DNA of 64,000 nucleotides from an uncultured Pelagibacteraceae bacterium (GTDB taxonomy: Bacteria; Pseudomonadota; Alphaproteobacteria; Pelagibacterales; Pelagibacteraceae): NCBI GenBank assembly GCA_902539235.1, contig CACBIC010000004.1:3153-67152 (forward strand). The letters are read 5' to 3'. Numbering within the stretch: position 1 is the first letter of the stretch; each line of letters opens with the position of its first letter. Positions 36,968 to 47,561 of the stretch are shown piece after piece. Below the pieces are notes generated by a model that saw nothing but the letters and a program-made list of their open reading frames with translations, was not told the DNA's origin and did no database searches. A program made the translations under genes and the position numbers.

Positions 36968-38614
36968 ATGTTTGGCTTAAAAGGTGCCTATTTTTATTTA
37001 ATTGCTCTTCAAATAACTATTCTAAAATTTTTTAAAAAAATATATTTTACTTCAGACTATTACAATAAATCTTTACAATCTAAAGTTCCAGTTCAAGTAT
37101 ATTTTAACCCTAACCCGTTTTTACTATCGATCATATCTCCCTACAAAAAAAAATTATTTAAAGTAGAAGAGATAGATCCAAATAATTTTTGGTTGAAAGA
37201 AGAAGAAAACGCTCAGTTAAATGAACGTCATAACTTCTTATGGTTAAACTTAATTAATAGAAAAACAGATGGAAAGAATATTCAAAAAATAATTTATTTA
37301 TGGATGCTAAGAAACACAAACTTCAAGAAAAAAATTTGGGATAGTAAAACGTTAAGTTCCAGAGTCACAAGTTGGATTTTAAATATAGATATTATTATCA
37401 ATAATGGAACATTTGATTTTAAAAAAAATTTTTTTAATAGTATAATATCTCAATGTAATCATCTAAAAAAAAATATTCGATTTGAAAAAGATCCACTTGT
37501 TAAGGTACAAATTCTAACTGCTTTAATTTTATCCGGTTTAGCTTTCAAAGAGTACGAAGAAAATTTTAATATCGCTATTAATGAATTGGATAAGTTTGTA
37601 AGTTCCTATTTTGATGAAGATGGTTTCCCATTATCAAGAAATCCAAATGATTTAGTTTTTTTAACCAGGTATTTTTTATTATGTAACGAGTCTATTAAAG
37701 ATGCCCAGAAATATATTCCAGAATTTTTAGAAAAAACTATTGAGCGAAATTTATCCTGTATAAAACTAATAAAAACACCGGATGAAAAAGTTCCGCTTTT
37801 TAATGGTGGGTCTGAAATTGATCTATCTAGTTTTGAAAAATATCTTAATGAAACTAATAATAAGAAAAAAAATAAAAAAAATACTTTAGGTGGGTTGTTT
37901 TATGCTAAGTCGAAGTCTCAATTAATCTTTTTGGATATAGATGGTCCTCCAAGAAAAAATTTTTCAAAAAATTATCAGTCTGGACCTTTATCTTTTGAAT
38001 ACTTTATAGATGGAACAAAAATAATTACTAATTGTGGATTTGGAAACCATTTATCTTCAAAGGCTGTTTTAATAAGTAGATTAACAGCTAGTCAGTCAAC
38101 TTTAACTATTAATGATACTTCTATTACTAAATTTGAGAGAAATAAACTTGTTAATAGAATTTTTGGAAACTCGATAAAAAATACTTTTAAAACAAGCGAA
38201 CTTAAACTTACAGATGATAAAAATTTAATTGGTTGCTCAATATCACACAATGGTTATGAAAAAAATTTCGGTTGTTTGCATAAAAGGGAAATTTATATTG
38301 ATAAAGAAAACAATAAACTTAAAGGAGTTGATCATATAACTAAAAAGAGTGATGGGATACCTGTTAGATACGTATTTCGTTTCCATTTAAATCCTAATTT
38401 AACTGCGGTCAAAACAATGAGTGGTAACAGTGCATTAATACAAATATCTAAGAATAAATCACTTATTTTCACTATAGAAAATGAAGACATTGAAATTGAA
38501 AAAAGTATATTTTTGGGAGGTAAAAAAATATTAGATAACTCTTGTATAACAATCGCTGGTAATTTAGTTAATAAAAATAAATCTTTTAATTGGGAAATAA
38601 AAAAAAAAATTTAA
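36968..38614 (+). CDS. Heparinase II/III-like domain protein
   Basis: DGFPLSRNP, PLFNGG, GPLSFEY, ITNCG, HNGY, FRFHLNP. Sits beside purH as in other Alphaproteobacteria. Confidence 0.78.
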   Translation: MFGLKGAYFYLIALQITILKFFKKIYFTSDYYNKSLQSKVPVQVYFNPNPFLLSIISPYKKKLFKVEEIDPNNFWLKEEENAQLNERHNFLWLNLINRKTDGKNIQKIIYLWMLRNTNFKKKIWDSKTLSSRVTSWILNIDIIINNGTFDFKKNFFNSIISQCNHLKKNIRFEKDPLVKVQILTALILSGLAFKEYEENFNIAINELDKFVSSYFDEDGFPLSRNPNDLVFLTRYFLLCNESIKDAQKYIPEFLEKTIERNLSCIKLIKTPDEKVPLFNGGSEIDLSSFEKYLNETNNKKKNKKNTLGGLFYAKSKSQLIFLDIDGPPRKNFSKNYQSGPLSFEYFIDGTKIITNCGFGNHLSSKAVLISRLTASQSTLTINDTSITKFERNKLVNRIFGNSIKNTFKTSELKLTDDKNLIGCSISHNGYEKNFGCLHKREIYIDKENNKLKGVDHITKKSDGIPVRYVFRFHLNPNLTAVKTMSGNSALIQISKNKSLIFTIENEDIEIEKSIFLGGKKILDNSCITIAGNLVNKNKSFNWEIKKKI

Positions 38615-38615
38615 A

Positions 38616-40166
38616 ATGAATCAAAAAATTAAAAACGCTCTTATATCTTTATCAGATAAGGAAAATTTAATTTCAATTTTAAAAATTTTAAAGAAGTATA
38701 AGGTTAAAATTATAAGTTCAGGTGGAACTTATAAATCAATAAAAAAATTAGGTTATGATTGCACCGAATTGTCTAAATATACTGGATTCAAAGAAATGCT
38801 TGACGGAAGAGTAAAAACACTTCATCCGAAAATACATGCTGGTATCTTGCATGATAGACAAAACAAAATTCATAAAAATGAGATGAATATAAAAAAATTT
38901 CCCCCTATAGATTTAATTATTGTTAACTTTTATCCGTTTCAAAAAGTTGTAATGAGCACTTCTAATCCAAAAGAAATAGTAGATAATATAGACATCGGAG
39001 GCCCTACTATGGTGCGCGCAGCTGCAAAAAATTATAAAAATGTAGCGATAATTACAAATAAAAATGATTATTCTGAATTAGTGAAAGAACTAGAAAAATA
39101 TAAAGGCAAAACAAGTCTCAAATTCAGGGAGATTATGTCTTCCAAAGCCTTTGGTCTTACTGCTTATTACGATGCTATGATTGCAAACTGGTTAAACAAA
39201 AAACTAAGTATCGAGTTTCCTGAAAGAAAAACTATATTTGGTAGAAAATTAAAAAAGCTTAGATATGGTGAAAACCCTCATCAAGAAAGCTCAATTTATA
39301 TTAATGACTATGAGGACCAAAAGCTCGGCTTTATACAATTAGCTGGAAAGGAATTAAGCTACAATAATTACAATGATATGTTTGCTTCCTTAGAAATTTT
39401 GGACTCTTTAGGCAAAGAGACTGGGACTGTAATTATAAAACATGCTAATCCATGCGGAGTTTCGAAGAACAAAAATCCAATCGAGTCATTTAGAAATGCT
39501 TTTGCCTGCGATCCTTTAAGTGCCTTTGGAGGCGTGGTTGCATGTAATTTTAAAATTAATGAAAAAATGGCAGCCGAAATAAACAAAAATTTTTTAGAGG
39601 TAATATTAGCTAAAGGTTTTGAAAAAAATTCTCTAAATATTTTAAAAAGAAAGAAAAATTTGAGAATTATAGATATATCTGAATATAAATCTAAAAATTT
39701 AACAAGTATTAAATATTTTGAAGGTGCATTTTTAGTACAAAATAAAGATAAAACTATTTTAGATAGGAAAAAGCTTAAATGCGTAACAAAATTAAAGCCG
39801 AGTAAAAAAGAATTAAACGAAATTGAATTTACTTTTAATGTAAGCAAATACGTTAAGTCTAATGCAATAGTTCTATGCAATAACTTTTCAACTATAGGAA
39901 TAGGTGCGGGACAACCAAGTAGATTTGATAGCTGTAGAATCGCAATACAAAAAGCTAAAAAATTTCAACCTCAAAAGATGAAAAATTCAATAGCTGCATC
40001 AGATGCTTTTTTTCCATTTACAGATGGAGTAGAAGCTTTAATTAAAGCTGGTGTTAAAATAATTATTCAGCCTGGAGGGTCAATTAGAGATCAAGAAGTC
40101 ATAAACTGTGCTAATAAAGGAAAAGTAAAAATGCTATTTACTGATATTAGACATTTTAATCATTGA
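38616..40166 (+). CDS. purH: AICAR transformylase/IMP cyclohydrolase
   Basis: GRVKTLHP, IDIGGPTMVRAAAKN, LRYGENPHQ, KHANPCG, ASDAFFPF. Confidence 0.97.
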   Translation: MNQKIKNALISLSDKENLISILKILKKYKVKIISSGGTYKSIKKLGYDCTELSKYTGFKEMLDGRVKTLHPKIHAGILHDRQNKIHKNEMNIKKFPPIDLIIVNFYPFQKVVMSTSNPKEIVDNIDIGGPTMVRAAAKNYKNVAIITNKNDYSELVKELEKYKGKTSLKFREIMSSKAFGLTAYYDAMIANWLNKKLSIEFPERKTIFGRKLKKLRYGENPHQESSIYINDYEDQKLGFIQLAGKELSYNNYNDMFASLEILDSLGKETGTVIIKHANPCGVSKNKNPIESFRNAFACDPLSAFGGVVACNFKINEKMAAEINKNFLEVILAKGFEKNSLNILKRKKNLRIIDISEYKSKNLTSIKYFEGAFLVQNKDKTILDRKKLKCVTKLKPSKKELNEIEFTFNVSKYVKSNAIVLCNNFSTIGIGAGQPSRFDSCRIAIQKAKKFQPQKMKNSIAASDAFFPFTDGVEALIKAGVKIIIQPGGSIRDQEVINCANKGKVKMLFTDIRHFNH

Positions 40167-40502
40167 TTAAATTTTATCTATCTTTGCTGCTAAAATAAAA
40201 TCGCTTTCTGCTAAGCCTTTTATAGCATGGGTAAAAATTTTTACTTTACAATAACCCCACCCAAAAGAAATATCAGGATGATGATTTTCTTTCTCAGCTA
40301 TATCCCCGATTTTATTTACAAAACTCTGACTTTCCATAAAATTTTTAAATGTAAACTCTTTTATTAAATAAAAACTTTTATCTTGATTGCTTTTAACGTC
40401 CCAACCATCAATTTTTTTTAAATACTTGTGAATCTCACTTTGATCGAAGGCAGGTATATTGCCCTCACAAGGAATACATTTTTTACTTGCTAAATCAGTC
40501 AT
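40167..40502 (-). CDS. phhB: Pterin-4-alpha-carbinolamine dehydratase
   Basis: CIPCEG, ENHHPDI, THAIKGLAESDFILAAKID. Confidence 0.92.
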   Translation of the reverse strand: MTDLASKKCIPCEGNIPAFDQSEIHKYLKKIDGWDVKSNQDKSFYLIKEFTFKNFMESQSFVNKIGDIAEKENHHPDISFGWGYCKVKIFTHAIKGLAESDFILAAKIDKI

Positions 40503-40509
40503 TTTAGTT

Positions 40510-40584
40510 TGGAGCGGGCAAAGGGACTTGAACCCTCGACCTTCTCGTTGGCAACGAGACGCTCTACCACTGAGCTATGCCCGC
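40510..40584 (-). tRNA. tRNA-Gly (GCC)
   Basis: 75-nt cloverleaf GCGGGCA...TGCCCGC-T-CCA. Anticodon arm TCTCG-TTGCCAA-CGAGA, T-loop GGTTCAAGTCC, encoded CCA. Confidence 0.97.
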
Positions 40585-40596
40585 AACATTTATATA

Positions 40597-40626
40597 ATTA
40601 TAGTATACAGTCTCTAGAATGGTCAA
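40597..40626 (-). promoter_or_regulatory. Sigma70 promoter for tRNA-Gly/phhB
   Basis: TTGACC-N18-TATAAT just upstream of the tRNA. Confidence 0.6.
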
Positions 40627-40678
40627 CCTAAATAAAATGTCGCTATGAGTTCTAAGAAATTTTCATTATAATAATTAT

Positions 40679-41296
40679 ATGAAAAATTTTCCAAGTTTAA
40701 TTCCCGTTTTTCCTCTTAGTGGAGTTATTTTTTTTCCTAAAACAAATCTTCCATTAAATATATTTGAAAAAAGATATCTAGACCTCATAAACGATACTTA
40801 TAACAATGATAAACTCATGGGCATGGTTCAATCGAAGAAAAATCATACCGAAGTTTATAAAATTGGATGTTTAGGTAAAATAAGCGATTATCAGAAGAGT
40901 AAGGATGGAAGGATTTTAATTAATCTTACAGGTGTTACCAGATTTAAAATTCTAGAAGAAGTGGAAAATAAAAAATTGTATAGAGAATTTAAAGTGGATT
41001 ATAAAAACTTTGAATTGGATTTAAAAAATTTTTCAAAAGCTCAAGATATGACGAGTTTATTGGAACAATCAAAGATCTTTTTTAAAAGGAATGGACTTTT
41101 ATTAAATTGGAAAGAATTCGAAAAACTTGATGATGCACAGAAAATTAATACTCTATCAATGATCTCACCAATAACTAATGAGGAAAAACAAAAACTTTTA
41201 GAAGCACTTACAATTGAGGATAAGATTAAGACTCTTGAAAGTATTATAAGTTTCTATCTTCATGACATTAATTTTAATAATCAAACTGTTCAGTAA
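40679..41296 (+). CDS. Stand-alone Lon N-terminal (substrate-binding) domain protein
   Basis: IPVFPLSG...LPLNIFEKRY, IGCLGKI, EEKQKLLEA. No ATPase or protease domain. Confidence 0.9.
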   Translation: MKNFPSLIPVFPLSGVIFFPKTNLPLNIFEKRYLDLINDTYNNDKLMGMVQSKKNHTEVYKIGCLGKISDYQKSKDGRILINLTGVTRFKILEEVENKKLYREFKVDYKNFELDLKNFSKAQDMTSLLEQSKIFFKRNGLLLNWKEFEKLDDAQKINTLSMISPITNEEKQKLLEALTIEDKIKTLESIISFYLHDINFNNQTVQ

Positions 41297-41300
41297 ATAT

Positions 41301-42575
41301 TTAATTCGCAGATTTATTCATTGAGTCAAAGAAATCAGAATTATTTTTTGTATTTTTTAATTTCGAAATTAAGAATTCTATCCCGTCCATGGTTCCCATT
41401 GGACTTATAATTCTTCTTAACACATTCATTTTCGATAATTCATCTTTTTCAAAAAGAAGCTCTTCCCTTCTTGTGCCTGATCTAGTGATATCGAGAGCTG
41501 GGTAAATTCTCTTGTCAGCAACTTTCCTGTCAAGAATAAGCTCTGAATTACCTGTTCCTTTAAATTCTTCAAAAATTACCTCATCCATTCTGCTTCCAGT
41601 ATCAATTAGTGCGGTCGAGATAATTGTAAGAGATCCACCCTCTTCTACGTTCCTAGCAGCACCAAAAAATCTTTTAGGTCTTTGTAGTGCATTTGCATCA
41701 ACACCTCCGGTTAATACTTTACCTGAACTTGGTATCACTGCATTGTAGGCTCTCCCCAGTCTTGTAATAGAATCCAACAGGATCACAACGTCTTTTTTAT
41801 GTTCTACAAGTCTCTTTGCTTTCTCTATTACCATTTCAGCAACAGCAACGTGCCTCGAAGCTGGCTCATCAAAAGTTGAAGCAACTACTTCACCTTTTAC
41901 TGATCTTTGCATATCTGTGACCTCTTCCGGTCTTTCATCAATCAATAACACCATTAGATAACACTCGGGGTGGTTAGCTGTAATTGATTGTGCAATATTT
42001 TGTAGGATAATTGTCTTACCTGCCCTTGGTGGGGAGACTATAAGAGATCTCTGACCTTTTCCAATTGGACTAACTAGATCAATGAGTCGAGCTGTGTTGT
42101 CCGGTTTTTTTTCAACTTTTGTTATCTCGACTTCTAGTTTTATTCTCTCATTTGGATATAAAGGTGTTAAGTTATCAAAAGCAATTTTATTTCTGCCTTT
42201 ATCAGGATTATCAAAATTAATTTTGTTAACTTTTAAAAGGGCAAAATACCTTTCAGCATCTTTTGGTCCTCTGATTTCCCCTTCTACAGAGTCCCCTGTT
42301 CTCAAGCCAAATTTTCTAATTTGACTTGGACTTACATAAATATCGTCTGGGCCAGGAAGGTAATTTGACTCAATAGCTCTAAGAAAGCCAAATCCATCTT
42401 GTAAAACTTCTAATACTCCAGTTGCTGTAATTTGCTCATTTTTTTCAGCTAATTTTTTTAAAATTGCAAAAAGAATCTCTTGCTTCCGAAGAGTGCTGGG
42501 ATTCTCAATACCGAGTTTTTCGGCTTCACTAATTAGTTCCGCAGGGTTTTTTTGCTTTAGTTCTTGTAAATTCAT
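41301..42575 (-). CDS. rho: Transcription termination factor Rho
   Basis: [41 protein letters not shown]. Confidence 0.98.
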   Translation of the reverse strand: MNLQELKQKNPAELISEAEKLGIENPSTLRKQEILFAILKKLAEKNEQITATGVLEVLQDGFGFLRAIESNYLPGPDDIYVSPSQIRKFGLRTGDSVEGEIRGPKDAERYFALLKVNKINFDNPDKGRNKIAFDNLTPLYPNERIKLEVEITKVEKKPDNTARLIDLVSPIGKGQRSLIVSPPRAGKTIILQNIAQSITANHPECYLMVLLIDERPEEVTDMQRSVKGEVVASTFDEPASRHVAVAEMVIEKAKRLVEHKKDVVILLDSITRLGRAYNAVIPSSGKVLTGGVDANALQRPKRFFGAARNVEEGGSLTIISTALIDTGSRMDEVIFEEFKGTGNSELILDRKVADKRIYPALDITRSGTRREELLFEKDELSKMNVLRRIISPMGTMDGIEFLISKLKNTKNNSDFFDSMNKSAN

Positions 42576-42641
42576 GTGATTATTTTTTTTAGGAAAGACT
42601 ATAAAAATATATGACTTTTTTAGAAAAATTCAACCCTAAAT

Positions 42642-43073
42642 TTATATAGGCTTAAATATTGCAACAAATATTACCACTATAAGTATAATTGTTGGAATTT
42701 CGTTATATATTCTAAAAAATTTTGAAGATTTTGGACTATTATCCATAGCAAAATCATTCAAGTATTTGCCTAAAGTAAAATGATAGTAGGTTAATAGAGA
42801 AACTGCTACAAGCTTTATCTGCATCCATAATTCTGAAAAAGCAGAAAAACCAATATAATGTATTAATAAAGTACCAAACAACCAGGACAGGAGCATCGCT
42901 GGCATCATGATATAATTATAAAGTTTTCTTTCCATTGTTTTGAAAATGTCTTTTTGAGACTCGTGAGTAGCTTCTGCATGATAAACAAAAATTCTTGGCA
43001 GATATAAAAGACCTGCCATCCAAGAAATTACTGAGATTAAGTGGAGTGATTTAAAAAGAAGATATAGATTCAT
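42642..43073 (-). CDS. hemJ: Protoporphyrinogen oxidase HemJ
   Basis: KSLHLISVISWMAGLLYLPRIFVYH, MERKL, NEIPT. Confidence 0.95.
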   Translation of the reverse strand: MNLYLLFKSLHLISVISWMAGLLYLPRIFVYHAEATHESQKDIFKTMERKLYNYIMMPAMLLSWLFGTLLIHYIGFSAFSELWMQIKLVAVSLLTYYHFTLGKYLNDFAMDNSPKSSKFFRIYNEIPTIILIVVIFVAIFKPI

Positions 43074-43074
43074 C

Positions 43075-44067
43075 TTATAGATATTTATTCACTAATTTTT
43101 CAAAAAGATTAATATGATCATCGCTATCGTTTAAACATGGTATTAAATCAAACTTTTCTCCACCTTTCTCCAAAAAACTTTCTCTTCCTTGAATATTTAT
43201 TTCTTCCAAAGTTTCAACACAGTCGGAAGCAAAACCCGGACATATTACTAGTATTTTCTTTACACCCTTACTAGGTAAACTTTCTAACGTTTTGTCAGTA
43301 TAAGGTGTCAACCATTCTTGTGGTCCGAATCTTGATTGAAAGGTAGTTTGAATCTCAATCTTTTCAAACTTTTCTTTCATAAGCCTGGTAGTTTTCTGAC
43401 AATAACAGTGATAAGGATCACCTTTATCAAAATAGGATTTTGGAATACCGTGATAAGATGAAATTATTAAATCTGGTTTCCAATTAATTTCCTTAAGTTT
43501 TTTTTCAATGCTTTTAATTAGTGAGTCAATATAAAAGGGGTCACTTTCATAATGAGAAATAATTTGCAAGCTTGGTTGCCATCTCATTTGCATTAATGAT
43601 CTATAAACTTCATCACAGACAGTTGCTGTAGTAGCTGCAGCATATTGTGGATATAATGGAAGTATGATTATATTTTCGCACCCGTTTTCTTTAAGTTTGT
43701 TTAGTTTATATTTTATACTTGGGTTTCCATATCTCATTGCAAAATCTACAATTATTTTATCGTTTCCTATTTTAGTATTTAACTTCTTTGCTTGCTGTTT
43801 TGTAAAATAAAGCAAAGGGGACTCGTTCGTTTCTTTTCTCCAAATTTTTTTATAAGCATGTGCCGTTTTAGATGGCCTGAAAGTAAGGATAAATAAGTTT
43901 AAAATTACCTTCCAAATTATTGGGTTTACTTCTATAACTCTTCTATCTGATAAAAATTCATTTAAATATTTTCTTATGTCCCACCAGTTTGTTGAGTCTG
44001 GTGTTCCTAGATTTATAATTAAAACTCCAGTTTTTCCAAACTTCACTTCCGGATGATCTGCATTCAT
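43075..44067 (-). CDS. hemH: Ferrochelatase
   Basis: NLGTPD, MRYGNPS, PLYPQY, SYHGIP, DCVETLEE. Confidence 0.97.
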   Translation of the reverse strand: MNADHPEVKFGKTGVLIINLGTPDSTNWWDIRKYLNEFLSDRRVIEVNPIIWKVILNLFILTFRPSKTAHAYKKIWRKETNESPLLYFTKQQAKKLNTKIGNDKIIVDFAMRYGNPSIKYKLNKLKENGCENIIILPLYPQYAAATTATVCDEVYRSLMQMRWQPSLQIISHYESDPFYIDSLIKSIEKKLKEINWKPDLIISSYHGIPKSYFDKGDPYHCYCQKTTRLMKEKFEKIEIQTTFQSRFGPQEWLTPYTDKTLESLPSKGVKKILVICPGFASDCVETLEEINIQGRESFLEKGGEKFDLIPCLNDSDDHINLFEKLVNKYL

Positions 44068-45074
44068 TAAAAGTCCCTATAAAATTTAATTAATTTCTTC
44101 ACTCTATCAGGATCTGTTTCAGGAAGTAAGCCATGTCCTAAATTAAAAACATAAGGGGTATCTTTAAAGTTCTGAATATATTTAGTCGCTTCTTTAAACA
44201 TTTCTTCTTCCGTTTTTAAAAGAGCTTCAGGGTGTAAACCACCTTGAATAACAACATTTTTTAAGTTTTCCTTAGCCCACACTGGCTCTACTTCGTAATC
44301 TATGTTTATTCCATCTGGTTGAACAATATTATTAAATTCTAGATATTTTTTTTGGAGTCCTTTAGGAAAGCAAATGTTAGGTATTTTCTCCTTTCTACAA
44401 AATTCGACTATTTTTTTATTAGGTGTAAAACAATATTCATTGATTTTTTTTTCCGGTACAAAGCCAGCCCAGGAGTCGAAAATCTGAACTACGTTTGCTC
44501 CTGCGTCTATTTGGTTTTTAATATGTAAACAGAGAAATTTAGTTAAATTATCTAAAATAGTACTGATCTCTATATCGCTGCTATCTAATTTAGATGTATC
44601 TATTTTATTTTTCCCTTTCCTAAGATCGAGCATGTAAACTAACAGTGTCCATGGAGCTCCGACGAAGGAGATTAAGGATTTTTCTCGGTCCAATTTTTTT
44701 CTTGTTATTTCGATTGCTTTGTATACAGGTTTTAATGTTTCGTAAAAATTATCATCACTTATTTTTAAAAATTTATTCATATTTATCTTTGAAAGTTCTG
44801 GTCCTAAATTTTTAATAAAGGAAACTTCTTGACCTAAAGCATATGGCACCAATAAAATGTCAGAAAAAATTATGGCTGAGTCTAAATTAAATCTATTAAT
44901 TGGTTGAAGAGTTATTTCTGAACTTAGTTTACTGTTAAAACACAATTCTATAAAATTTTTGTTATTTTGTCTAATTTCTTGAAACTCTGGAAGATATCTG
45001 CCTGCTTGTCTCATAAACCAAACAGACTTACAAGAAATCTTTTTTTTTAATATATTCTCAAGATTATTAATCAT
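44067..45074 (-). CDS. hemE: Uroporphyrinogen decarboxylase
   Basis: WFMRQAGRYLPE, IIFSDIL, GAPWTL, QIFDSW, FNLGHG. Confidence 0.96.
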   Translation of the reverse strand: MINNLENILKKKISCKSVWFMRQAGRYLPEFQEIRQNNKNFIELCFNSKLSSEITLQPINRFNLDSAIIFSDILLVPYALGQEVSFIKNLGPELSKINMNKFLKISDDNFYETLKPVYKAIEITRKKLDREKSLISFVGAPWTLLVYMLDLRKGKNKIDTSKLDSSDIEISTILDNLTKFLCLHIKNQIDAGANVVQIFDSWAGFVPEKKINEYCFTPNKKIVEFCRKEKIPNICFPKGLQKKYLEFNNIVQPDGINIDYEVEPVWAKENLKNVVIQGGLHPEALLKTEEEMFKEATKYIQNFKDTPYVFNLGHGLLPETDPDRVKKLIKFYRDF

Positions 45075-45341
45075 AATTAATAGTTTTTTAGATTTGATTA
45101 TAGTAATAGGACCTGTTTATTCATAACATAACTTTTTATACATAACTTATACATAGTTATTTTAATTAATTTTCAAAAAAAACCATAAATTGCAGTCTTT
45201 TTTTTTCTTGTAAACATCATGAAAACAACATTATTAACATCTAATAAAATGTTTAAATAATGTTAATTAATGTTAATTTTTTCTATTAAATTTTAAATTA
45301 AGTGCAAAAAGAATAATTATTATTTATTTATTAACATATAT
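45075..45341. other. Candidate chromosomal replication origin (oriC)
   Basis: Longest intergenic gap in the window and extremely AT-rich. Lies between divergent hemE and the DUF299 gene, the known oriC position in Caulobacter and related Alphaproteobacteria. Contains one-mismatch DnaA-box-like 9-mers. Confidence 0.72.
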
Positions 45342-46160
45342 ATGAACGAAAAATACAATGTATATCTTGTGTCAGACTCTACAGGTGAAACTCTAGATAG
45401 AATTTTTTTATCATTAAAATCTCAATTTGCGAATTTTGATTATGAGAAAAAGGAATTTGCCTTTATTAGAACCGAGCAACAAATAGATAAGATAATAAAA
45501 GAATGCATAAAACTTGAAAATAGCTTAATTTTGTACACTATAGTTGAAACTAAGCTAGCAAAATATATATCTAACCAAAGCGAAAAAAATAACGTTCCTT
45601 GTTTTGGTATTTTAGGCAATCTTATTTTAAGTTTTTCGAAATTGCTTAATCAAAAAGCAATACATAAACCAAGCGCACAACATGTCCTTGATGACGATTA
45701 TTATAAGAGGATAGAGGCCATCCAATATACAATGTCTCACGATGACGGAAAAAAAGTCGATGATCTGAGTAGTGCCGATGTAATTTTATTAGGAGTGAGC
45801 AGAACTAGTAAAACACCCACTTCCATCTATCTAGCTAACAGAGGATACAAAACAATTAATATACCGTTAATTTTAGATCAAAAAGTTCCTGAAGAGCTAA
45901 TGTCTAATTCTAAAGCTTGTGTCGTAGGTCTTGTTGCAGACCCAGAGAGGTTGTCTGATATTAGAAGAAATAGAGTAGCTATAATGAAAGATCACAAAAT
46001 AAAAGAGTACACTGATCTTGATTTTATAAAAAAAGAGGTGAATGAATCTAAGATTCTTTTTAAAAAAAATAATTGGCCTATGATTGATGTTACAAGAAGG
46101 TCAGTAGAAGAAACAGCTGCCTCAATTTTAAAAATAATTGAAATTAAGAAAAATAAATGA
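45342..46160 (+). CDS. ppsR: Pyruvate,water/phosphate dikinase regulatory kinase-pyrophosphorylase (DUF299)
   Basis: VSDSTGET, RIEAIQYTMSHDDG, GVSRTSKTPTSIYLA. Confidence 0.92.
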   Translation: MNEKYNVYLVSDSTGETLDRIFLSLKSQFANFDYEKKEFAFIRTEQQIDKIIKECIKLENSLILYTIVETKLAKYISNQSEKNNVPCFGILGNLILSFSKLLNQKAIHKPSAQHVLDDDYYKRIEAIQYTMSHDDGKKVDDLSSADVILLGVSRTSKTPTSIYLANRGYKTINIPLILDQKVPEELMSNSKACVVGLVADPERLSDIRRNRVAIMKDHKIKEYTDLDFIKKEVNESKILFKKNNWPMIDVTRRSVEETAASILKIIEIKKNK

Positions 46161-46747
46161 GAATAATATTGGCTTCTAAAAGCGGTGTAAGAAAAAAAAT
46201 TTTAAATGATTTTAAAATTGATTGCCAAGTAATCGACTCGCAAGTCGATGAAGATGAAGTGAAGCAGTCTCTTTTAGCCGAGGGCGCAGATCCTTTAATA
46301 ATATCAAAAAATCTTGCAGAATTAAAATCTATAAAAGTAAGCAGTAAAAATCCTGATAGACTTGTAATCGGAGCTGACAGTGTTATTTCATTACAAGAGC
46401 AATTAATAAATAAACCGCGCTCAAGAGACGAAGCCTTTTCAATTCTTAAGAAATTAAATAATTCTGTTCATTATTTAATAAGTTCAGTATGTATTTCCAA
46501 AAATGGAGCTATGATTTGGAATCATTCAGATTCTTCCGAACTAAAAATGAAAAATCTGACAGAAAAACAACTTAAAAATTATTTAGGAAAAATTGAGACA
46601 AATACGTTGCTTGCTTATGGAGTTTACCAAATTGAAGCAGAGGGAATGAGTTTATTTGAGTATATCAAGGGAGATCATAATTCAATAATGGGTTTACCTA
46701 TAAAAAGTATTATAAATTACATTAAACAATTTAAAAATTATGACTAA
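46157..46747 (+). CDS. maf: Maf family nucleotide pyrophosphatase
   Basis: IILASKSGVR, LAELKS, IGADSVI, SIMGLP. Confidence 0.9.
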   Translation: MRIILASKSGVRKKILNDFKIDCQVIDSQVDEDEVKQSLLAEGADPLIISKNLAELKSIKVSSKNPDRLVIGADSVISLQEQLINKPRSRDEAFSILKKLNNSVHYLISSVCISKNGAMIWNHSDSSELKMKNLTEKQLKNYLGKIETNTLLAYGVYQIEAEGMSLFEYIKGDHNSIMGLPIKSIINYIKQFKNYD

Positions 46748-47561
46748 AAAATTCGGTATAATTGGTAACCCTATAAAACACTCATTGTCGCCAATTTTAC
46801 ATAATTATTGGCTTAAGAAATATAATATTGATGCCGAATATTCAATTATTGATATTAAAGACAACCAGTTAGCTGAAATAATTAATAAGATAAAAAACAA
46901 ATCACTTAGTGGAATAAATATTACTTTACCATATAAACAGAAAATAGTTCCGCACGTTGATGTGCTTGTCAATGACGCAGAAAAAACTAGTTCTGTTAAT
47001 ACAGTTTATTTAGACGATCAAAATATAATTATTGGTGAGAATACCGATGTTTTTGGGCTTCAAGCTGCATATTTAAAAGAAGTAGACAATGCTCAAAATA
47101 AAAAAGCACTTGTAATTGGAGCAGGCGGCGTTTCACCCTCAGTTATACTTTCATTACAAAAATCTGGTGTAACTAATATTTCTATAACTAACAGAACACC
47201 AGAAAAGTGCATTTTTTTAAAAAAAAAATTCAAGAAATTAAATATAATTGAATGGAAAATGTTAAAAACAGGAATTAAAAATTTTGATATTATAGTAAAT
47301 GCTACTAGCTTAGGATTAAAAAATGGAGAAGATTTTGATTTTGATTTTGAGACAAATAAATCAAATTTAATTTATATAGATACAATCTATAATCCCCTAG
47401 AAACCAAAACGTTAAAATATTTAAAAAATCAAAACAAGAAAGTTTTCAATGGTTTAGAAATGTTCATTTATCAAGGTCAAAAAGCTTTTTATCTTTGGAA
47501 TAAAATAAATCCAGAAATTGATCAAAAGCTTTTAGAATTATTATTATCAAAGCTAAAATGA
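46740..47561 (+). CDS. aroE: Shikimate dehydrogenase
   Basis: HSLSPILH, NITLPYK, NTD, GAGG, NATSLG. Confidence 0.95.
   Translation: MTKKFGIIGNPIKHSLSPILHNYWLKKYNIDAEYSIIDIKDNQLAEIINKIKNKSLSGINITLPYKQKIVPHVDVLVNDAEKTSSVNTVYLDDQNIIIGENTDVFGLQAAYLKEVDNAQNKKALVIGAGGVSPSVILSLQKSGVTNISITNRTPEKCIFLKKKFKKLNIIEWKMLKTGIKNFDIIVNATSLGLKNGEDFDFDFETNKSNLIYIDTIYNPLETKTLKYLKNQNKKVFNGLEMFIYQGQKAFYLWNKINPEIDQKLLELLLSKLK

Noticed and set aside
40510-40584. tRNA-Gly as an island or prophage integration site
   Set aside because: No integrase and no duplicated tRNA 3' end were seen, and both flanks are housekeeping genes.
45240-45305. CtrA boxes (TTAA-N7-TTAA) in the origin region
   Set aside because: The TTAA pairs I checked have 6- or 8-nt spacing, and TTAA is too common in this AT-rich DNA to be informative.
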